From a candidate division FCPU426 bacterium (GTDB lineage: Bacteria > Oederibacteriota > JAAXVQ01 > JAUVAV01), in contig JBFLYH010000001.1 in the NCBI GenBank assembly GCA_040756875.1, positions 768,001-832,000 of the forward strand: DNA of 64,000 nucleotides, read 5' to 3'. This document shows positions 42,113 through 52,624 of this stretch, in pieces (within the stretch, counting starts at the first letter, position 1; every line of letters starts with the position of its first letter). The notes below the pieces were generated by a model. The model saw only the letters and a program-made list of their open reading frames with translations, did not search any database and was not told the DNA's origin. The position numbers were made by a program, and so were the translations under genes.

Positions 42113-42736
42113 ATGTTGGTGCGATTCAGCCGTTATGCCATGATTCTCATCTGCATGCCTATGCTTGCATCCTGCTATTTCACCTCCCTACACCCCTTGC
42201 CAGTATCATCAACCATCGATAATGCCCTTCTGGGCTTGTGGCAATCCGCGCCTGCTTCTGATGACAAAGAATCCAAACCGTCTTATCTCCTGATCACAAA
42301 ATACGAAAACAGAGTATGGATTACTATTTTCGAGGATTTTTATCGCGCCAGCGAACTATACCTGGGTTATTGTTCGGTCATAAAAGGAGAAAAATACCTA
42401 AGCGTTCAGCTATCCAAGCCTGTTTCCCAAGGAACCACCATGGCCGCGGACGAGGGATTTCTGCTTGTTCATTATTCCATTTCGCCGACCGGCCAATTGA
42501 AGCTCACTTTGTTGAACGAGGATTTCATTGAAAAAGCGGTATCTCAAAAAAGCCTTTCAGGAACGCTTGATAACAAAGAAGTACAACTGACGGCTTCCTC
42601 AGCGGCATTAGCTGATTTTCTCGGGCGCTCCCAAACCCGTGATTTTTTAGACGCGGACAGCTTGTTGACCGCAATCAAAGTGCCTCTGCCTTCCTTGATC
42701 AAACCGCAGGCCTCACCCACTCACCAAGCGCCCTAG
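42113..42736 (+). CDS. Putative lipoprotein
   Basis: GGAGG RBS, LASC lipobox, LLGLW motif. Confidence 0.7.
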   Translation: MLVRFSRYAMILICMPMLASCYFTSLHPLPVSSTIDNALLGLWQSAPASDDKESKPSYLLITKYENRVWITIFEDFYRASELYLGYCSVIKGEKYLSVQLSKPVSQGTTMAADEGFLLVHYSISPTGQLKLTLLNEDFIEKAVSQKSLSGTLDNKEVQLTASSAALADFLGRSQTRDFLDADSLLTAIKVPLPSLIKPQASPTHQAP

Positions 42737-42740
42737 GGAA

Positions 42741-43523
42741 TCATTCGTTTTTAAAATAAAAGGAATCCATTGAAATCGAACCATTCTGCAAGCCTTGATG
42801 AATAAAAGCAATGGATTCCCGCTCCTGGAGCGCTAACGTATAGAGCATTGGCAAATAATGATCCAAAGTCGGCATGCCGCGGCGAGCTTCAAGCCCTGAA
42901 TCAGGGAATGTCGTTAAAGCCTGGTGTTGATGCTCCGTGATCATGGTCCGCAGTTGAAATGCCAATTTCCGAGCCCAGGGCATCTCCGGCGAATGCTCCT
43001 CCCAGCTGATATCCCCCAGATTATGAACCATGTTTCCACTGCCTATAATGAGACAAGGTTCTTCCTTCAACGGCTGCAACGCCCGGCCAAGGGCATAATG
43101 ATAGGCAGGCGCCTGTGTCATATCCAGGCTTATCTCAACCACAGGTATATCGGCATGGGGAAATACATGCGTTAGGACCGCCCATGCGGCATGGTCAATG
43201 CCCCATTCCTCGGAGCACTCCACTTTATGGGCCTTGAGCAGTTTGACGATTTTCTTGGCCCATTCAGGCGCGCCAGGGCATGGATACGCAACCTGGTAAA
43301 GTTCCTCCGGAAATCCGTAGAAATCATAAACTTGACGCGGCTGGTTTTGGCAGGAAACGAAAGTTCCGCGGGTCTGCCAATGCGCCGAGATGACGATGAC
43401 CGCTTCGGGCCGGGGCAATCCCCGCGACCATGCTCTTAGATCCTGCGTATATTTATTGTTCGCGAGGATATTTAAGGGCGAACCATGGCCGATAAATGCG
43501 ATGGTCGCTTTCGTTCGTTTCAT
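42741..43523 (-). CDS. ygiD: 4,5-DOPA extradiol dioxygenase (LigB/YgiD family)
   Basis: FIGHGSP, ISAHW, YDFYGFP, DHAAW, GSGNMVHNL, PTLDHYLP. Confidence 0.9.
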   Translation of the reverse strand: MKRTKATIAFIGHGSPLNILANNKYTQDLRAWSRGLPRPEAVIVISAHWQTRGTFVSCQNQPRQVYDFYGFPEELYQVAYPCPGAPEWAKKIVKLLKAHKVECSEEWGIDHAAWAVLTHVFPHADIPVVEISLDMTQAPAYHYALGRALQPLKEEPCLIIGSGNMVHNLGDISWEEHSPEMPWARKLAFQLRTMITEHQHQALTTFPDSGLEARRGMPTLDHYLPMLYTLALQERESIAFIHQGLQNGSISMDSFYFKNE

Positions 43524-43548
43524 TGGGGCCGGTTCCAAAGCGGCAACA

Positions 43549-45438
43549 TCATTTAATGATTTCCAATACTTGTTGCTTTTTCTGGGCGTGTTCGAGATGT
43601 TGAAGGGCTTTTTCGTTTCCCGGATCTAAAATCAGAACCGTTCGCCAATTGTCAATCGCCGCTTCCAGATTGTTTCGAATATACATTTCCACACCCTTGC
43701 GGTCATAGTCTTCCGCCAGTAGCACGATGGACTCCCGGTACTTCGCTAACGCAGCCATAGCATCGGCCTGATTTGCATCCATATCCAGAATATAGCGCCA
43801 TTTCTTGACCGCGTCGACCTGTTGCCCTCCCTCCCAATCCTTTTGGGCCAATTCCAACAACTCTTGGGTTAAATCCTCCATCTTGCTCTTGGTAATCTTG
43901 AGATACTGAGCCACGCGCTGGTTTCCCGGATCCAGGCCGAGTATTTTTTTCCACATGTTCAGCGCTTCTTGATACCGGTTTTTCTGCAGGCTTTGAAGCC
44001 CCTTTTGGAAATAATCCTCGATCAATTTTTGGTTTTTACTGTTGGCGACAGATAGCTTTTCCTCCGAAAGCCGCCGGTTGGCCGTTGCCAGCAACTGGCG
44101 AATGGTCGAATCGCGGGGGATCAATTCCAAAGCCTTGCTCCATTCAACCAATGCGGTCAAATAATCCTGGGCTTTAAAAGCTTTGTGGCCTTTGGAAACA
44201 AATACATCTGCTTGCTGCCTTTTTTGGTTTTCTTCAGTGAGCTTCAATTTTCGATTCAATTCCTTGTCTTGATTGTTGAGGCTGAACGCCTTGGCATAGA
44301 AGGTTGTGGCTTTAGCATAGTCGCCGGCTGCAAACGCCTGATCGCCTTCATGGATTAGACTGTCGAATATTTTTTTCTGTTTGGCTTTTACCTGATTTTC
44401 CAATTTTTCCAATATTTTCTGCTCTTCCCACATACTGCGGCCGAATGGAAGGGTGATGCCGATTTTATGAACATCTCCCAGGCCGGGAAAAGGGGTGTAG
44501 GCATAATCAAGGGAGTATTCAGAAATCTGCAGGCCGATTCCCAACGTCAATCCGGACAATGGCCCCAGGTCATTACCGTACTGATAATAACGATATCCGG
44601 CGCGCAACCAAAGCAAGTCCTCCAATACCATTCCCTCCATGCCGAATTTGAAAAGCATTTCCTGATAAACCGGTTTGTATATATCGAACGACAATTGCAT
44701 GCGTTTTCGCCAAAGAGAATAAGCCGCTCCTGCCTCCGCGCCCAGGTTGAGGGCATAGCTTTCTTCCAGCAGTTTCATAGGCATGCCGATGTTCCGTATC
44801 ACCAGCCCCAGTTGCAAATCAGGCAGAAGGTCGGCAATCATCAGCCCAAGGTCCGCAGCCAGGCTCCAGCCGCTGTAGACATCGATCATTTGGTAAACGT
44901 TCTTCAGTGCAATTCCGGCGGAGTAGCGAGCGTCAAAAGCATGGCTATAAGCCAGACTCAAGTAGAGGTCGTAATCCATAAAATCGCCAATGGCATCGCC
45001 CTCGGCATTGTATTTCTCTATGGGTTCGCTGTAGCCGGCAAAGACGTTGACCCCAAACGTATCGCTGGCGGACCAAGGCAGGCAAAAGGCCAGGTATTCG
45101 TGGCGAAAGCCTTGCAGATATTGGGCGTGAGAAACTGCCAATTCCACCCGCGAGGCGCGCGATAATCCCCCGGGATTCCAAAAAACCGCCTGACTATTGT
45201 CCGCCCGTGCCACATAGGCCCCGGCCAAGGCTGCGGGGCGCGCACCCACTGGTTCGTCCAGAAAAACGGCTCCAACGGACTCTTCCGCCGCCAGAACCGG
45301 TTCCAGGCTCCCCATGAATCCCGCCATGAAGGCAAGGCCGATAACGAACAGCAATCCCCTTCCCTTTTCCCACAAAAGCGGTGCCGTTCTGGCAAGGAAA
45401 GACACGTCAATCATCAGGCCGGGTTCCGGAATTCTCAT
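43549..45438 (-). CDS. PorV/PorQ (UPF0164)-like beta-barrel protein fused to C-terminal TPR repeats
   Basis: GARPAALAGAYVA..AVFWNPGGL, LRAGY, GLTLGIG, LDYAY..LGDVHKI; followed by about 6 TPRs. Confidence 0.8.
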   Translation of the reverse strand: MRIPEPGLMIDVSFLARTAPLLWEKGRGLLFVIGLAFMAGFMGSLEPVLAAEESVGAVFLDEPVGARPAALAGAYVARADNSQAVFWNPGGLSRASRVELAVSHAQYLQGFRHEYLAFCLPWSASDTFGVNVFAGYSEPIEKYNAEGDAIGDFMDYDLYLSLAYSHAFDARYSAGIALKNVYQMIDVYSGWSLAADLGLMIADLLPDLQLGLVIRNIGMPMKLLEESYALNLGAEAGAAYSLWRKRMQLSFDIYKPVYQEMLFKFGMEGMVLEDLLWLRAGYRYYQYGNDLGPLSGLTLGIGLQISEYSLDYAYTPFPGLGDVHKIGITLPFGRSMWEEQKILEKLENQVKAKQKKIFDSLIHEGDQAFAAGDYAKATTFYAKAFSLNNQDKELNRKLKLTEENQKRQQADVFVSKGHKAFKAQDYLTALVEWSKALELIPRDSTIRQLLATANRRLSEEKLSVANSKNQKLIEDYFQKGLQSLQKNRYQEALNMWKKILGLDPGNQRVAQYLKITKSKMEDLTQELLELAQKDWEGGQQVDAVKKWRYILDMDANQADAMAALAKYRESIVLLAEDYDRKGVEMYIRNNLEAAIDNWRTVLILDPGNEKALQHLEHAQKKQQVLEIIK

Positions 45439-47984
45439 TTGACAATCGACAACCGCTTGACCACTTGGCGGGTTCCCAGAATCGATTTTGCCTCAATGTG
45501 GCAGAAATAGGTTCCGCTGGCAAATGTGCTGACATCCAGCGTAAATTGAGCGGGTTCCGACCCGCCGCGGACGGCAAAATGATACTTTTTCAACTCCTTC
45601 CCAAGAATGTTGAAGAGGCTGAGCGTGATCTCGGCGTCAACGCTGAGCATCATTTGTACTTGTACCTCCCGGCTTCGAACAGCCGGATTGGGATAAACCT
45701 TCGCGCTCCTTATTTCCAAGCTATTCGCCAGACTGAAGCTTCTGGTTTCCGACCAGGGACCCCATGAAACTCCATCCTGGGCTTGGACCCTCCAGGCATA
45801 GGAACGTCCCCTTTCCAGGCCCAGCCCGGCCGGCAGGTAATAGACTGCAACTTCTCCCGACGGATATGCGGCGGCCGGGGTCAGCGATATCCAGGTGGTT
45901 ATAAAATCATCCTGGCTTAATTCGCAGCGATAGGTCAGCGTGTTGCCGGATTCGCTGACAGCATAAAACTGCAGTGCCAGATCGGCGTCCGGCGCCGAAT
46001 AATGATCAGGAGGAAAGACCAACTGCGGCAGTAAAGGAGGAGTGATGACTTGATAGGTTGCGCTGGCCGAGGTGTCACTCCAGTTATCATTGGGTTGGTC
46101 ATAAGCAGCTGCCCGCCAGCTGTATGTTTTGCCCGGCACCAGGGAATACGCCACGGGTATTTGCAGGCGCGCGGTTTCGCCGGAGTCATATTGTGTCTTC
46201 GTCCAGCCCGGGCTGCTGGCCGAAAGGAACGTGATGATGGTCTGGTAATTGTCGGAACTCAATTCCAGCCGGTATTGCAGTGGATTTCCGGTTGGACTGG
46301 TTGAAGTTAGATCCAAATTGGGATTCTTGGTGGTCACGATGCCGAGGTCCGGCGGCGAAAGGAGAACTGGAATTGCCGGGGTATCAACCACGGTAAAAGT
46401 GCTGATATCCGAACTGTTGGTTTCCTCCAACTCGTCGGCGGCGATCACCTTCCAAAAGTAAGTCACCCCGGGTTGCAGAGCATCCGGATAGGACGAATTG
46501 TTGAGGATTTGACAGGTGGCGGTAATGCCCGCGTATTGATAGGCTGAACCATATGAACTTTGGTCCCATCCCGGATAACTGGTTTGAAAAAGATCGGGAT
46601 TCAACAAAACGGGATCTTGGGAAAGGACCACGGTAAAGGTGAGTGAATTCCCGTCCGGATCAGCGCATAAAACCTGGAGCGACGGGGTTTTCGAAATAAA
46701 ATCCTGCCCCGAGAGCGGGGCCAGAAGCGAAGGTTTAAGCGGAGGGTGATTGGTCACCGTCGAGGTTTGGAAACTCCTCACCACTGATTCCGGACTCCAG
46801 GTCGCTCCCTGATCATTGGTGACCAGCACCCTCCAATAATAGGTCTGAGCAGGGTTTAAAATGCCCGGCGGCATGTAGTAATAGGCGCCTTCATTAGAAC
46901 GGAAATATTCGCGGCCAGCCCACCCGGTGTCCGGGCTTAACTGGTCATTTTCATGGACCAGCAGTGAAAAGCCGAGATTTTCGCTGATTTGGATTCGATA
47001 TTGCAGGAATTGGGACAGCATGGGATCATAAGATACGAAAGTGAAGGTCGGCGAAAGTCCCACCACCTGGCCTTCATTAGGGGTCAACAATTGCGGCGGA
47101 TTAGGCAAAGGTGCGATCTGGACTTGGCAGACACCATCGCCGCCAGGTAGGGCCGTCCCACCTCCCGAAGCGCCGCCGGCGACGTTGATGCTGCCTCCCT
47201 GATCAACGAAATCTGTATATTTAATTATTTTTATACGCCCGCCCGCCCCCCCTCCGCCACCGGGAGTCGCCGTGGCAGTGGGCAAATAAGTCGGGGTGGA
47301 AGAAGCCACGACATTTTCATGTATCTGGCCGTTTCCACCCCTGGCGGTCAGGGCGTAGTTGGCGGTTAAAAAAGTATGAATCCCGTTTAAAAAAATACCG
47401 CCGCCCGAACCACCGCCGCCTGTTGAACTGGGCAGGTAAGCATTGGTATTCAGGCGGGAAAGCCCACCTAATGTCAATTGCATGGCATCAAGGCGTATGT
47501 TGCCGCCGCCGCCGTTTGGATTCAATATGCCCTTGGACCCGTTGGTTTCCCGGTATGACTGATCATAGGCCAACCCGCCACTATTCGGATAATTATGACC
47601 GTCGCCGCCTTTATTGCCGTGCCCGCTTCCACCCGGACCGGTAGAGCCGGACCCCGGCAAGCCGACTCCTTGAGTGTTATAGCTCACGCCATTGCCCTGG
47701 ATGACCCCTTCAATTGTGATTTCAGGCGCGATAAGCTGCAAACGCCATTTTTCCGAATCCACCAGATCACCTGGCACGATGATAGAAGCGCCGGCTTTGA
47801 CGTGTATGGAAACACTTTTATAGACCGTTCCAAACAAACTCCGACTCTCCCCCGGTTCAAGAATTAACGCTTCGTACGTATCCACCAGCGCTACTCCTGA
47901 ACCTGGGAGCATGGTTATAAAAGCCAAACCTAGCATCAACGCTTTCTTCAAGTGATACTCCCCATGGGAAACGACCGATTTCAT
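45435..47984 (-). CDS. Secreted Gly-rich/FN3-like repeat protein with T9SS type-A-like C-terminal domain
   Basis: Signal peptide; GGGGSGG adhesin-like region; four PxLxxP..YxWRV repeats; C-terminal VYPNPA..LFNILG..ASGTYF..KRLSIVK. Confidence 0.8.
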   Translation of the reverse strand: MKSVVSHGEYHLKKALMLGLAFITMLPGSGVALVDTYEALILEPGESRSLFGTVYKSVSIHVKAGASIIVPGDLVDSEKWRLQLIAPEITIEGVIQGNGVSYNTQGVGLPGSGSTGPGGSGHGNKGGDGHNYPNSGGLAYDQSYRETNGSKGILNPNGGGGNIRLDAMQLTLGGLSRLNTNAYLPSSTGGGGSGGGIFLNGIHTFLTANYALTARGGNGQIHENVVASSTPTYLPTATATPGGGGGAGGRIKIIKYTDFVDQGGSINVAGGASGGGTALPGGDGVCQVQIAPLPNPPQLLTPNEGQVVGLSPTFTFVSYDPMLSQFLQYRIQISENLGFSLLVHENDQLSPDTGWAGREYFRSNEGAYYYMPPGILNPAQTYYWRVLVTNDQGATWSPESVVRSFQTSTVTNHPPLKPSLLAPLSGQDFISKTPSLQVLCADPDGNSLTFTVVLSQDPVLLNPDLFQTSYPGWDQSSYGSAYQYAGITATCQILNNSSYPDALQPGVTYFWKVIAADELEETNSSDISTFTVVDTPAIPVLLSPPDLGIVTTKNPNLDLTSTSPTGNPLQYRLELSSDNYQTIITFLSASSPGWTKTQYDSGETARLQIPVAYSLVPGKTYSWRAAAYDQPNDNWSDTSASATYQVITPPLLPQLVFPPDHYSAPDADLALQFYAVSESGNTLTYRCELSQDDFITTWISLTPAAAYPSGEVAVYYLPAGLGLERGRSYAWRVQAQDGVSWGPWSETRSFSLANSLEIRSAKVYPNPAVRSREVQVQMMLSVDAEITLSLFNILGKELKKYHFAVRGGSEPAQFTLDVSTFASGTYFCHIEAKSILGTRQVVKRLSIVK

Positions 47985-48169
47985 TTTATTATACCTTTAC
48001 CAACTACCCTCCGAAACTTGAAAATCCCTTAAATTCGCCATTATCCGCTTGCGTCTTTCCGGAAGTTTCACCCTGACAAACCATCTTTTTAACTGGATTT
48101 TTATCGTGCGAATCCATATAGTGTTCCTTTGAATTCTCAGTAACTTTTATTCACACGAGCGAGGTTGCC

Positions 48170-49138
48170 ATGTATCGTAAAGAAATCAAGGTTTTGGACT
48201 GCACCATCCGGGACGGTGGATTGATCAATAATTACCAGTTTACCGAAGAACTTGTCAAAGCCGTGTATCGTGCCATATGCGAAGCTGGCGTGGATATCAT
48301 CGAGCTCGGGAAAAAATTGGCGGTCAGCGAACAGTATCCGACATCCAAATACGGTCCCTGGAACTTCTGCGATGACGATGTTGTCAAACGGATCGTTGAA
48401 AGTTACCAGGGAAACTACAAGCCTTTGATCGCAGTCATGTTTGACATCGGCCGGATTGATCTGGCGGCCCTGCGGCATAAAAAAGACACGCCTTTTGACA
48501 TGATCCGGACCGCTTGCTATGTTCCGCAGGTTGACAAAGGGTTGGATGCCGTAAAGCGGTGCAAAGATTTGGGTTATATCACCACTTTGAATCTCATGGC
48601 CGTGTCAGCTGCCATCGAAACAGAAATCAATGAAGCCCTGGAAGCGGTTGCCAAGGTGTCCGAACTGGATTATCTTTACGTCGTGGATAGCTACGGCGCT
48701 TATTATTCAGAGCAAGTCACTCATATGATCAAATGGTACAGCCAATACGTCCCCCTCGAGAAGCTTGGGTTTCACGGTCACAACAACCAGCAGTTGGGTT
48801 TCTCCAACACTCAGCAGGCCATCATCGACGGCGTCAACCTGCTCGATGCCACTGTGAACGGCATCGGCCGGGGCGCCGGAAATTGCTGCCTGGAGCTTTT
48901 GCTGGGCTTCCTAAAAAATCCTAAGTTCGATGTGCGGCCCATCTACAAAGTCATTCAGGAATATTTCCTGCCCCTGCGCAAGGAAATCGAATGGGGATAC
49001 AATGACATCTATGGCATTTCCGGGATTTTAAACCAGCATCCCCGTGAGGCGATGGAATTCCGCTCACATAAAGACAAACAGGACAATTGCCTGGAATTTT
49101 ATGATTTGGTCACACGGCAGGATGTGAATATCGAGTAA
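48170..49138 (+). CDS. DRE-TIM (HMGL-like) aldolase/pyruvate carboxyltransferase-domain protein
   Basis: LDCTIRDGG, VDSYG, FHGHNN, GIGRGAGN. Confidence 0.88.
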   Translation: MYRKEIKVLDCTIRDGGLINNYQFTEELVKAVYRAICEAGVDIIELGKKLAVSEQYPTSKYGPWNFCDDDVVKRIVESYQGNYKPLIAVMFDIGRIDLAALRHKKDTPFDMIRTACYVPQVDKGLDAVKRCKDLGYITTLNLMAVSAAIETEINEALEAVAKVSELDYLYVVDSYGAYYSEQVTHMIKWYSQYVPLEKLGFHGHNNQQLGFSNTQQAIIDGVNLLDATVNGIGRGAGNCCLELLLGFLKNPKFDVRPIYKVIQEYFLPLRKEIEWGYNDIYGISGILNQHPREAMEFRSHKDKQDNCLEFYDLVTRQDVNIE

Positions 49139-49150
49139 TTCATTCCGTCG

Positions 49151-49195
49151 AAAATAAAAAGCCGGCCGGATTTTCTGGCCGGCTTTTTATTTTTT
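49151..49195. terminator. Bidirectional intrinsic terminator
   Basis: AAAATAAAAAGCCGGCC..GGCCGGCTTTTTATTTT between convergent genes. Confidence 0.85.
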
Positions 49196-49206
49196 CCATT
49201 CTTATC

Positions 49207-49842
49207 CTATTTTTGATGCTGCAAATGGCGGGTCCTGGCTGGTGGTAGGTTGATCCAGGCATAGTCGCAATGCGTTTGGTGGCGGCGGGTATATGTTTCA
49301 AGCTGATGTAACAGGCGGCGCATCTGTTCGCGGCGGTGGGGCTTTAAAAGCATCATTCGCAGCCGGTGAGGAAGCAGGTACTCAAAATAGGATATCACGC
49401 CCTTCGGCGCCAAATGGTCAAGATAAAGGTCAATAATCTCGCGCACGCATTCGGCATCGAAATTGGCGAAGGGTAAACCCGATATAATGTAATCGTATTT
49501 TATCCGGCCCTGCAAATGACGGATATCCCGATGATACAGCCCGACTTCCACACCCGGCCGTTTGGCACAATGCGAAGGCAACCGCTGATGCAAATGCTTG
49601 AAAAACCGTTGGTTTAACTCGTAAATATCCAGTACATCGCCCGGCCGGAGATGGCGGAGGATGGAAAAGGTTATGGCACCGGTTCCCGGACCCACTTCCA
49701 GGACTTTAACAGGATGCGCCGGACGCTTACGCAGCGGTCCAAGCATGGATCGAACCAAAGCCGGCGAACTGGGGGCAATGGCACCGGTAGAAAAGAAATT
49801 TTTTCGGAATTCGTCGAAAAAAAGGCCTAGGTCTTTTAGCAA
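49207..49842 (-). CDS. Phospholipid N-methyltransferase-like SAM methyltransferase
   Basis: TGAIAPSS, VLEVGPGTG, IISGLPF, INLPPA. Confidence 0.85.
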   Translation of the reverse strand: MLKDLGLFFDEFRKNFFSTGAIAPSSPALVRSMLGPLRKRPAHPVKVLEVGPGTGAITFSILRHLRPGDVLDIYELNQRFFKHLHQRLPSHCAKRPGVEVGLYHRDIRHLQGRIKYDYIISGLPFANFDAECVREIIDLYLDHLAPKGVISYFEYLLPHRLRMMLLKPHRREQMRRLLHQLETYTRRHQTHCDYAWINLPPARTRHLQHQK

Positions 49843-49867
49843 AGCAGTTATCGACTCCTATTCGCCA

Positions 49868-50677
49868 TCATTGGGCAGGCGACGACTGTGGTTTGCTTCC
49901 CACTCGTTCCGCAATATCCAAAATCAGGCTGGCTGCAAGTCTGGCCCGGCTGACAACCCCCTTGAATTGGCCCTCGCGGTCAACAACCGGCAAGACGTCA
50001 CGGTTTTGTTTTTCCATCTCTTCCAAAACGGTTTTTTTATCTTGGGTATCCCGAACCGCGTCTTTGGCCTCCAAGTAACCGGGCAATTGCGAAAGCGAAG
50101 CCTGGTCATTGTTTTTTATCCAATCGGCAAACTGGTCTGCTGTAATCGAACGTGCCGAAGGATATTCAAACATTTTGCCGAGCGTCCGGGCATCAGCCAA
50201 GGCAATAAATTTCCCTTGTAAATCGTTGAAAATCAAGTGTTTAAGGTAGGGGCCTTGGGAAAGCGCCAGATATTCCCGGATGGCACCTCCTTCATACCCC
50301 TTCGCTCCCAATTGAAAGCTGATAGCTTCCGAGCGGTTGTGCATGAGCTCCGGAATTTTTTCAATCGGACCCTTCGTACTGATACGTAAAGATTTCACTG
50401 GTAATGATTCGACTTTGGTCACCTGGCCGGCGACCTCCGCTCCTGCGGCTTGGGCGAAAATCGTCTCGAAACTCAGGTCCCCCATTTTAAATTTCGTTAT
50501 TTTTCCCGTCAACAGCAGCCACAAGGCGACAATGACCATGGCCGCGGCCAAATCCGTACTTTTTACCTCCCACTTGGGAAATTTCGCCCGAAGCCAGATA
50601 ATTCCGGCCAGGGCGACAATGAAAAGGACAACGCCAAGTATGGTTTCAAGTATGCCGATCATTATTTCCTCCTTCAT
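49868..50677 (-). CDS. Membrane protein with C-terminal CBS domain
   Basis: Two N-terminal TMs; LPVVDREGQFKGVVS CBS motif. Confidence 0.75.
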   Translation of the reverse strand: MKEEIMIGILETILGVVLFIVALAGIIWLRAKFPKWEVKSTDLAAAMVIVALWLLLTGKITKFKMGDLSFETIFAQAAGAEVAGQVTKVESLPVKSLRISTKGPIEKIPELMHNRSEAISFQLGAKGYEGGAIREYLALSQGPYLKHLIFNDLQGKFIALADARTLGKMFEYPSARSITADQFADWIKNNDQASLSQLPGYLEAKDAVRDTQDKKTVLEEMEKQNRDVLPVVDREGQFKGVVSRARLAASLILDIAERVGSKPQSSPAQ

Positions 50678-50710
50678 CCATATATTTCACTATTGATCTG
50701 CCCCTTCGCT

Positions 50711-51172
50711 TTAACCAACATCGTCCATCCCCGCATGCGGATATTTCAACAATCCTGTGTGATAAATGAGCAACCACTTGCCATTCACTTTCGAATAGCC
50801 TTTACCCGCACGCCCTTGCCAGGCCGATACGACCCCGGTGTTTCGATTTTTCCATTGCGTATCCACATCAACAACGGCGAACGCCCCATCCCCCTGTTCG
50901 GAAACAATAATGCGAACGGTTCGGCGGGCGTTATGAATCATATCATGAGTGCGAAAAAGCTCTTCCCAACTTTCCTGCCAGCGTCGCCGGTCGTAGCGGC
51001 CCATGGGAAAGATCCAGGACGCGGGATCGTGGGCCAAAGGATTCGGCGGCCAGGGCCAAACCATGTCCGGATGAAAAATGGAAACCAAGGTTGCGGCATC
51101 CCGCGCATTCCAAGCGGCCGTTTCCTTGTCTATTATCGTTTGGATTTCTCTTTCGATTTCACGAGGATTCAT
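50711..51172 (-). CDS. NTF2/SnoaL-like (DUF4440-type) protein
   Basis: AWNARDA..FHPDMV, GDGAFAVV, WLLIYHTG. Confidence 0.8.
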   Translation of the reverse strand: MNPREIEREIQTIIDKETAAWNARDAATLVSIFHPDMVWPWPPNPLAHDPASWIFPMGRYDRRRWQESWEELFRTHDMIHNARRTVRIIVSEQGDGAFAVVDVDTQWKNRNTGVVSAWQGRAGKGYSKVNGKWLLIYHTGLLKYPHAGMDDVG

Positions 51173-51323
51173 GGCGGCCTGACCGCCTCCAAGGTTGCGC
51201 CCGGGTTTCCCACCAGGCCGCGTTCTTGTCTTTAATTATATAACCGACGCAATGTGCCGCCAACCTGCCATGGCATTATTCCAAATCGCTTATATTATAT
51301 CCTTCAAATATGAATTTGCATCT

Positions 51324-52550
51324 TTAAACTGACGGCCGCGTTTCCCCAAGATCAATCGTTGTCTTTGTTCTGGCGGGAATGACGATTCTCAGCGCCGATA
51401 AAAGGTTTATTAAAGCGATGATCGCCCCCAGTAAAAATACTGCCTGAAATCCATACAATTTCCACAAAACGCCGCCGGCCACGGCCATGGAGATGGAAAA
51501 AACGTGGTCAATGCTGGTGGCTGCCGTCAAGGTTTGAGAAATATGTTCGGGGTCAAGGGCGATTTTTTTAAGGTAGGTAGCGCGAGCCATGCTGACGGAC
51601 ATCAGCAACTGATCCGCGACAAAACAGGCGCAAACCACCACCAAGGCTAGTGAATGCGGAAACCATGACCCCGAAAAGCCGTATAACAGGCACACCCCTA
51701 TAAGCAACAACGCCTCTCCTGACAGCACGAACTTTTCGCCGCGGGTGTCCACCCACTTCCCCAGCAACGGCTGGAAAAAGATTCCCGCCACCCCGCCCAA
51801 GGTCAATAATAAAGCGATCATTTGGGTCGGCTGGTGATAAACCGTCACCAAGACCCAGGGCGCAAAGGTGATGAATATTTGTTTTCGCGTTCCATATAGA
51901 ATGTTCAACCAATAAAAAAGCCGGTATTCCTTGTATAGCTTCAAATGCATGGCTGCTGGCTGAGGTTTGTTGGGGCGCATGCGAAAAATCGACCAGGCTG
52001 CCAGGGCGAATCCCAACGCAGCCAGCGTAAATGTCAACGGAAACGTAAAATGCAGATATTTAAACCCGATGAGAACAAACAGACTGCCAAGTACGATCAC
52101 CAGGTTTTTGACAGCGTTTAATTGCCCTAATCGCTGCCCCGACCGGTCCACATTCGCCAATTCCATGCCAATGGCGGAGTTCAACGGCAGAAAAAGATGC
52201 TGGCCGACACTGGTGATAAAGAGCCAGACCAACATGACCGGATACGTCCAAGCCGCCCAGCCGAGCAGTCCGACGCCTGCGGCCATTGCGAACATCGCAA
52301 ATACCGCCCGACGCCGATTGCAAAGAAACCCAAGCGCCGCCGAAACGAAAACCACCAGCAAACCGGGCAGTTCTCTCGGAACTTCCAACAGGCTGCGCTG
52401 CAAATCCGTCAGGCGGAAAGTATCGTTCAGGAAGTTGTTAAACGTGGAATCCACCAGGCTCTGGGAAAACCCGAATAATGCCACTCCCACCAGAAAAAAC
52501 TGCAAATCAGGATGGGTACGGGAAAACCGTTGGATCCAATGACGAACCAT
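51324..52550 (-). CDS. MFS transporter
   Basis: About 12 TMs, RELPG, GKWVDTRGEK motif. Confidence 0.88.
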   Translation of the reverse strand: MVRHWIQRFSRTHPDLQFFLVGVALFGFSQSLVDSTFNNFLNDTFRLTDLQRSLLEVPRELPGLLVVFVSAALGFLCNRRRAVFAMFAMAAGVGLLGWAAWTYPVMLVWLFITSVGQHLFLPLNSAIGMELANVDRSGQRLGQLNAVKNLVIVLGSLFVLIGFKYLHFTFPLTFTLAALGFALAAWSIFRMRPNKPQPAAMHLKLYKEYRLFYWLNILYGTRKQIFITFAPWVLVTVYHQPTQMIALLLTLGGVAGIFFQPLLGKWVDTRGEKFVLSGEALLLIGVCLLYGFSGSWFPHSLALVVVCACFVADQLLMSVSMARATYLKKIALDPEHISQTLTAATSIDHVFSISMAVAGGVLWKLYGFQAVFLLGAIIALINLLSALRIVIPARTKTTIDLGETRPSV

Positions 52551-52624
52551 GGCGGGGACTCCGGGCCAAAAGAATTCCGGTCATTTTAGGGAGAGGCCGT
52601 GGATTTGTCCACGAAAAAGGCTTG

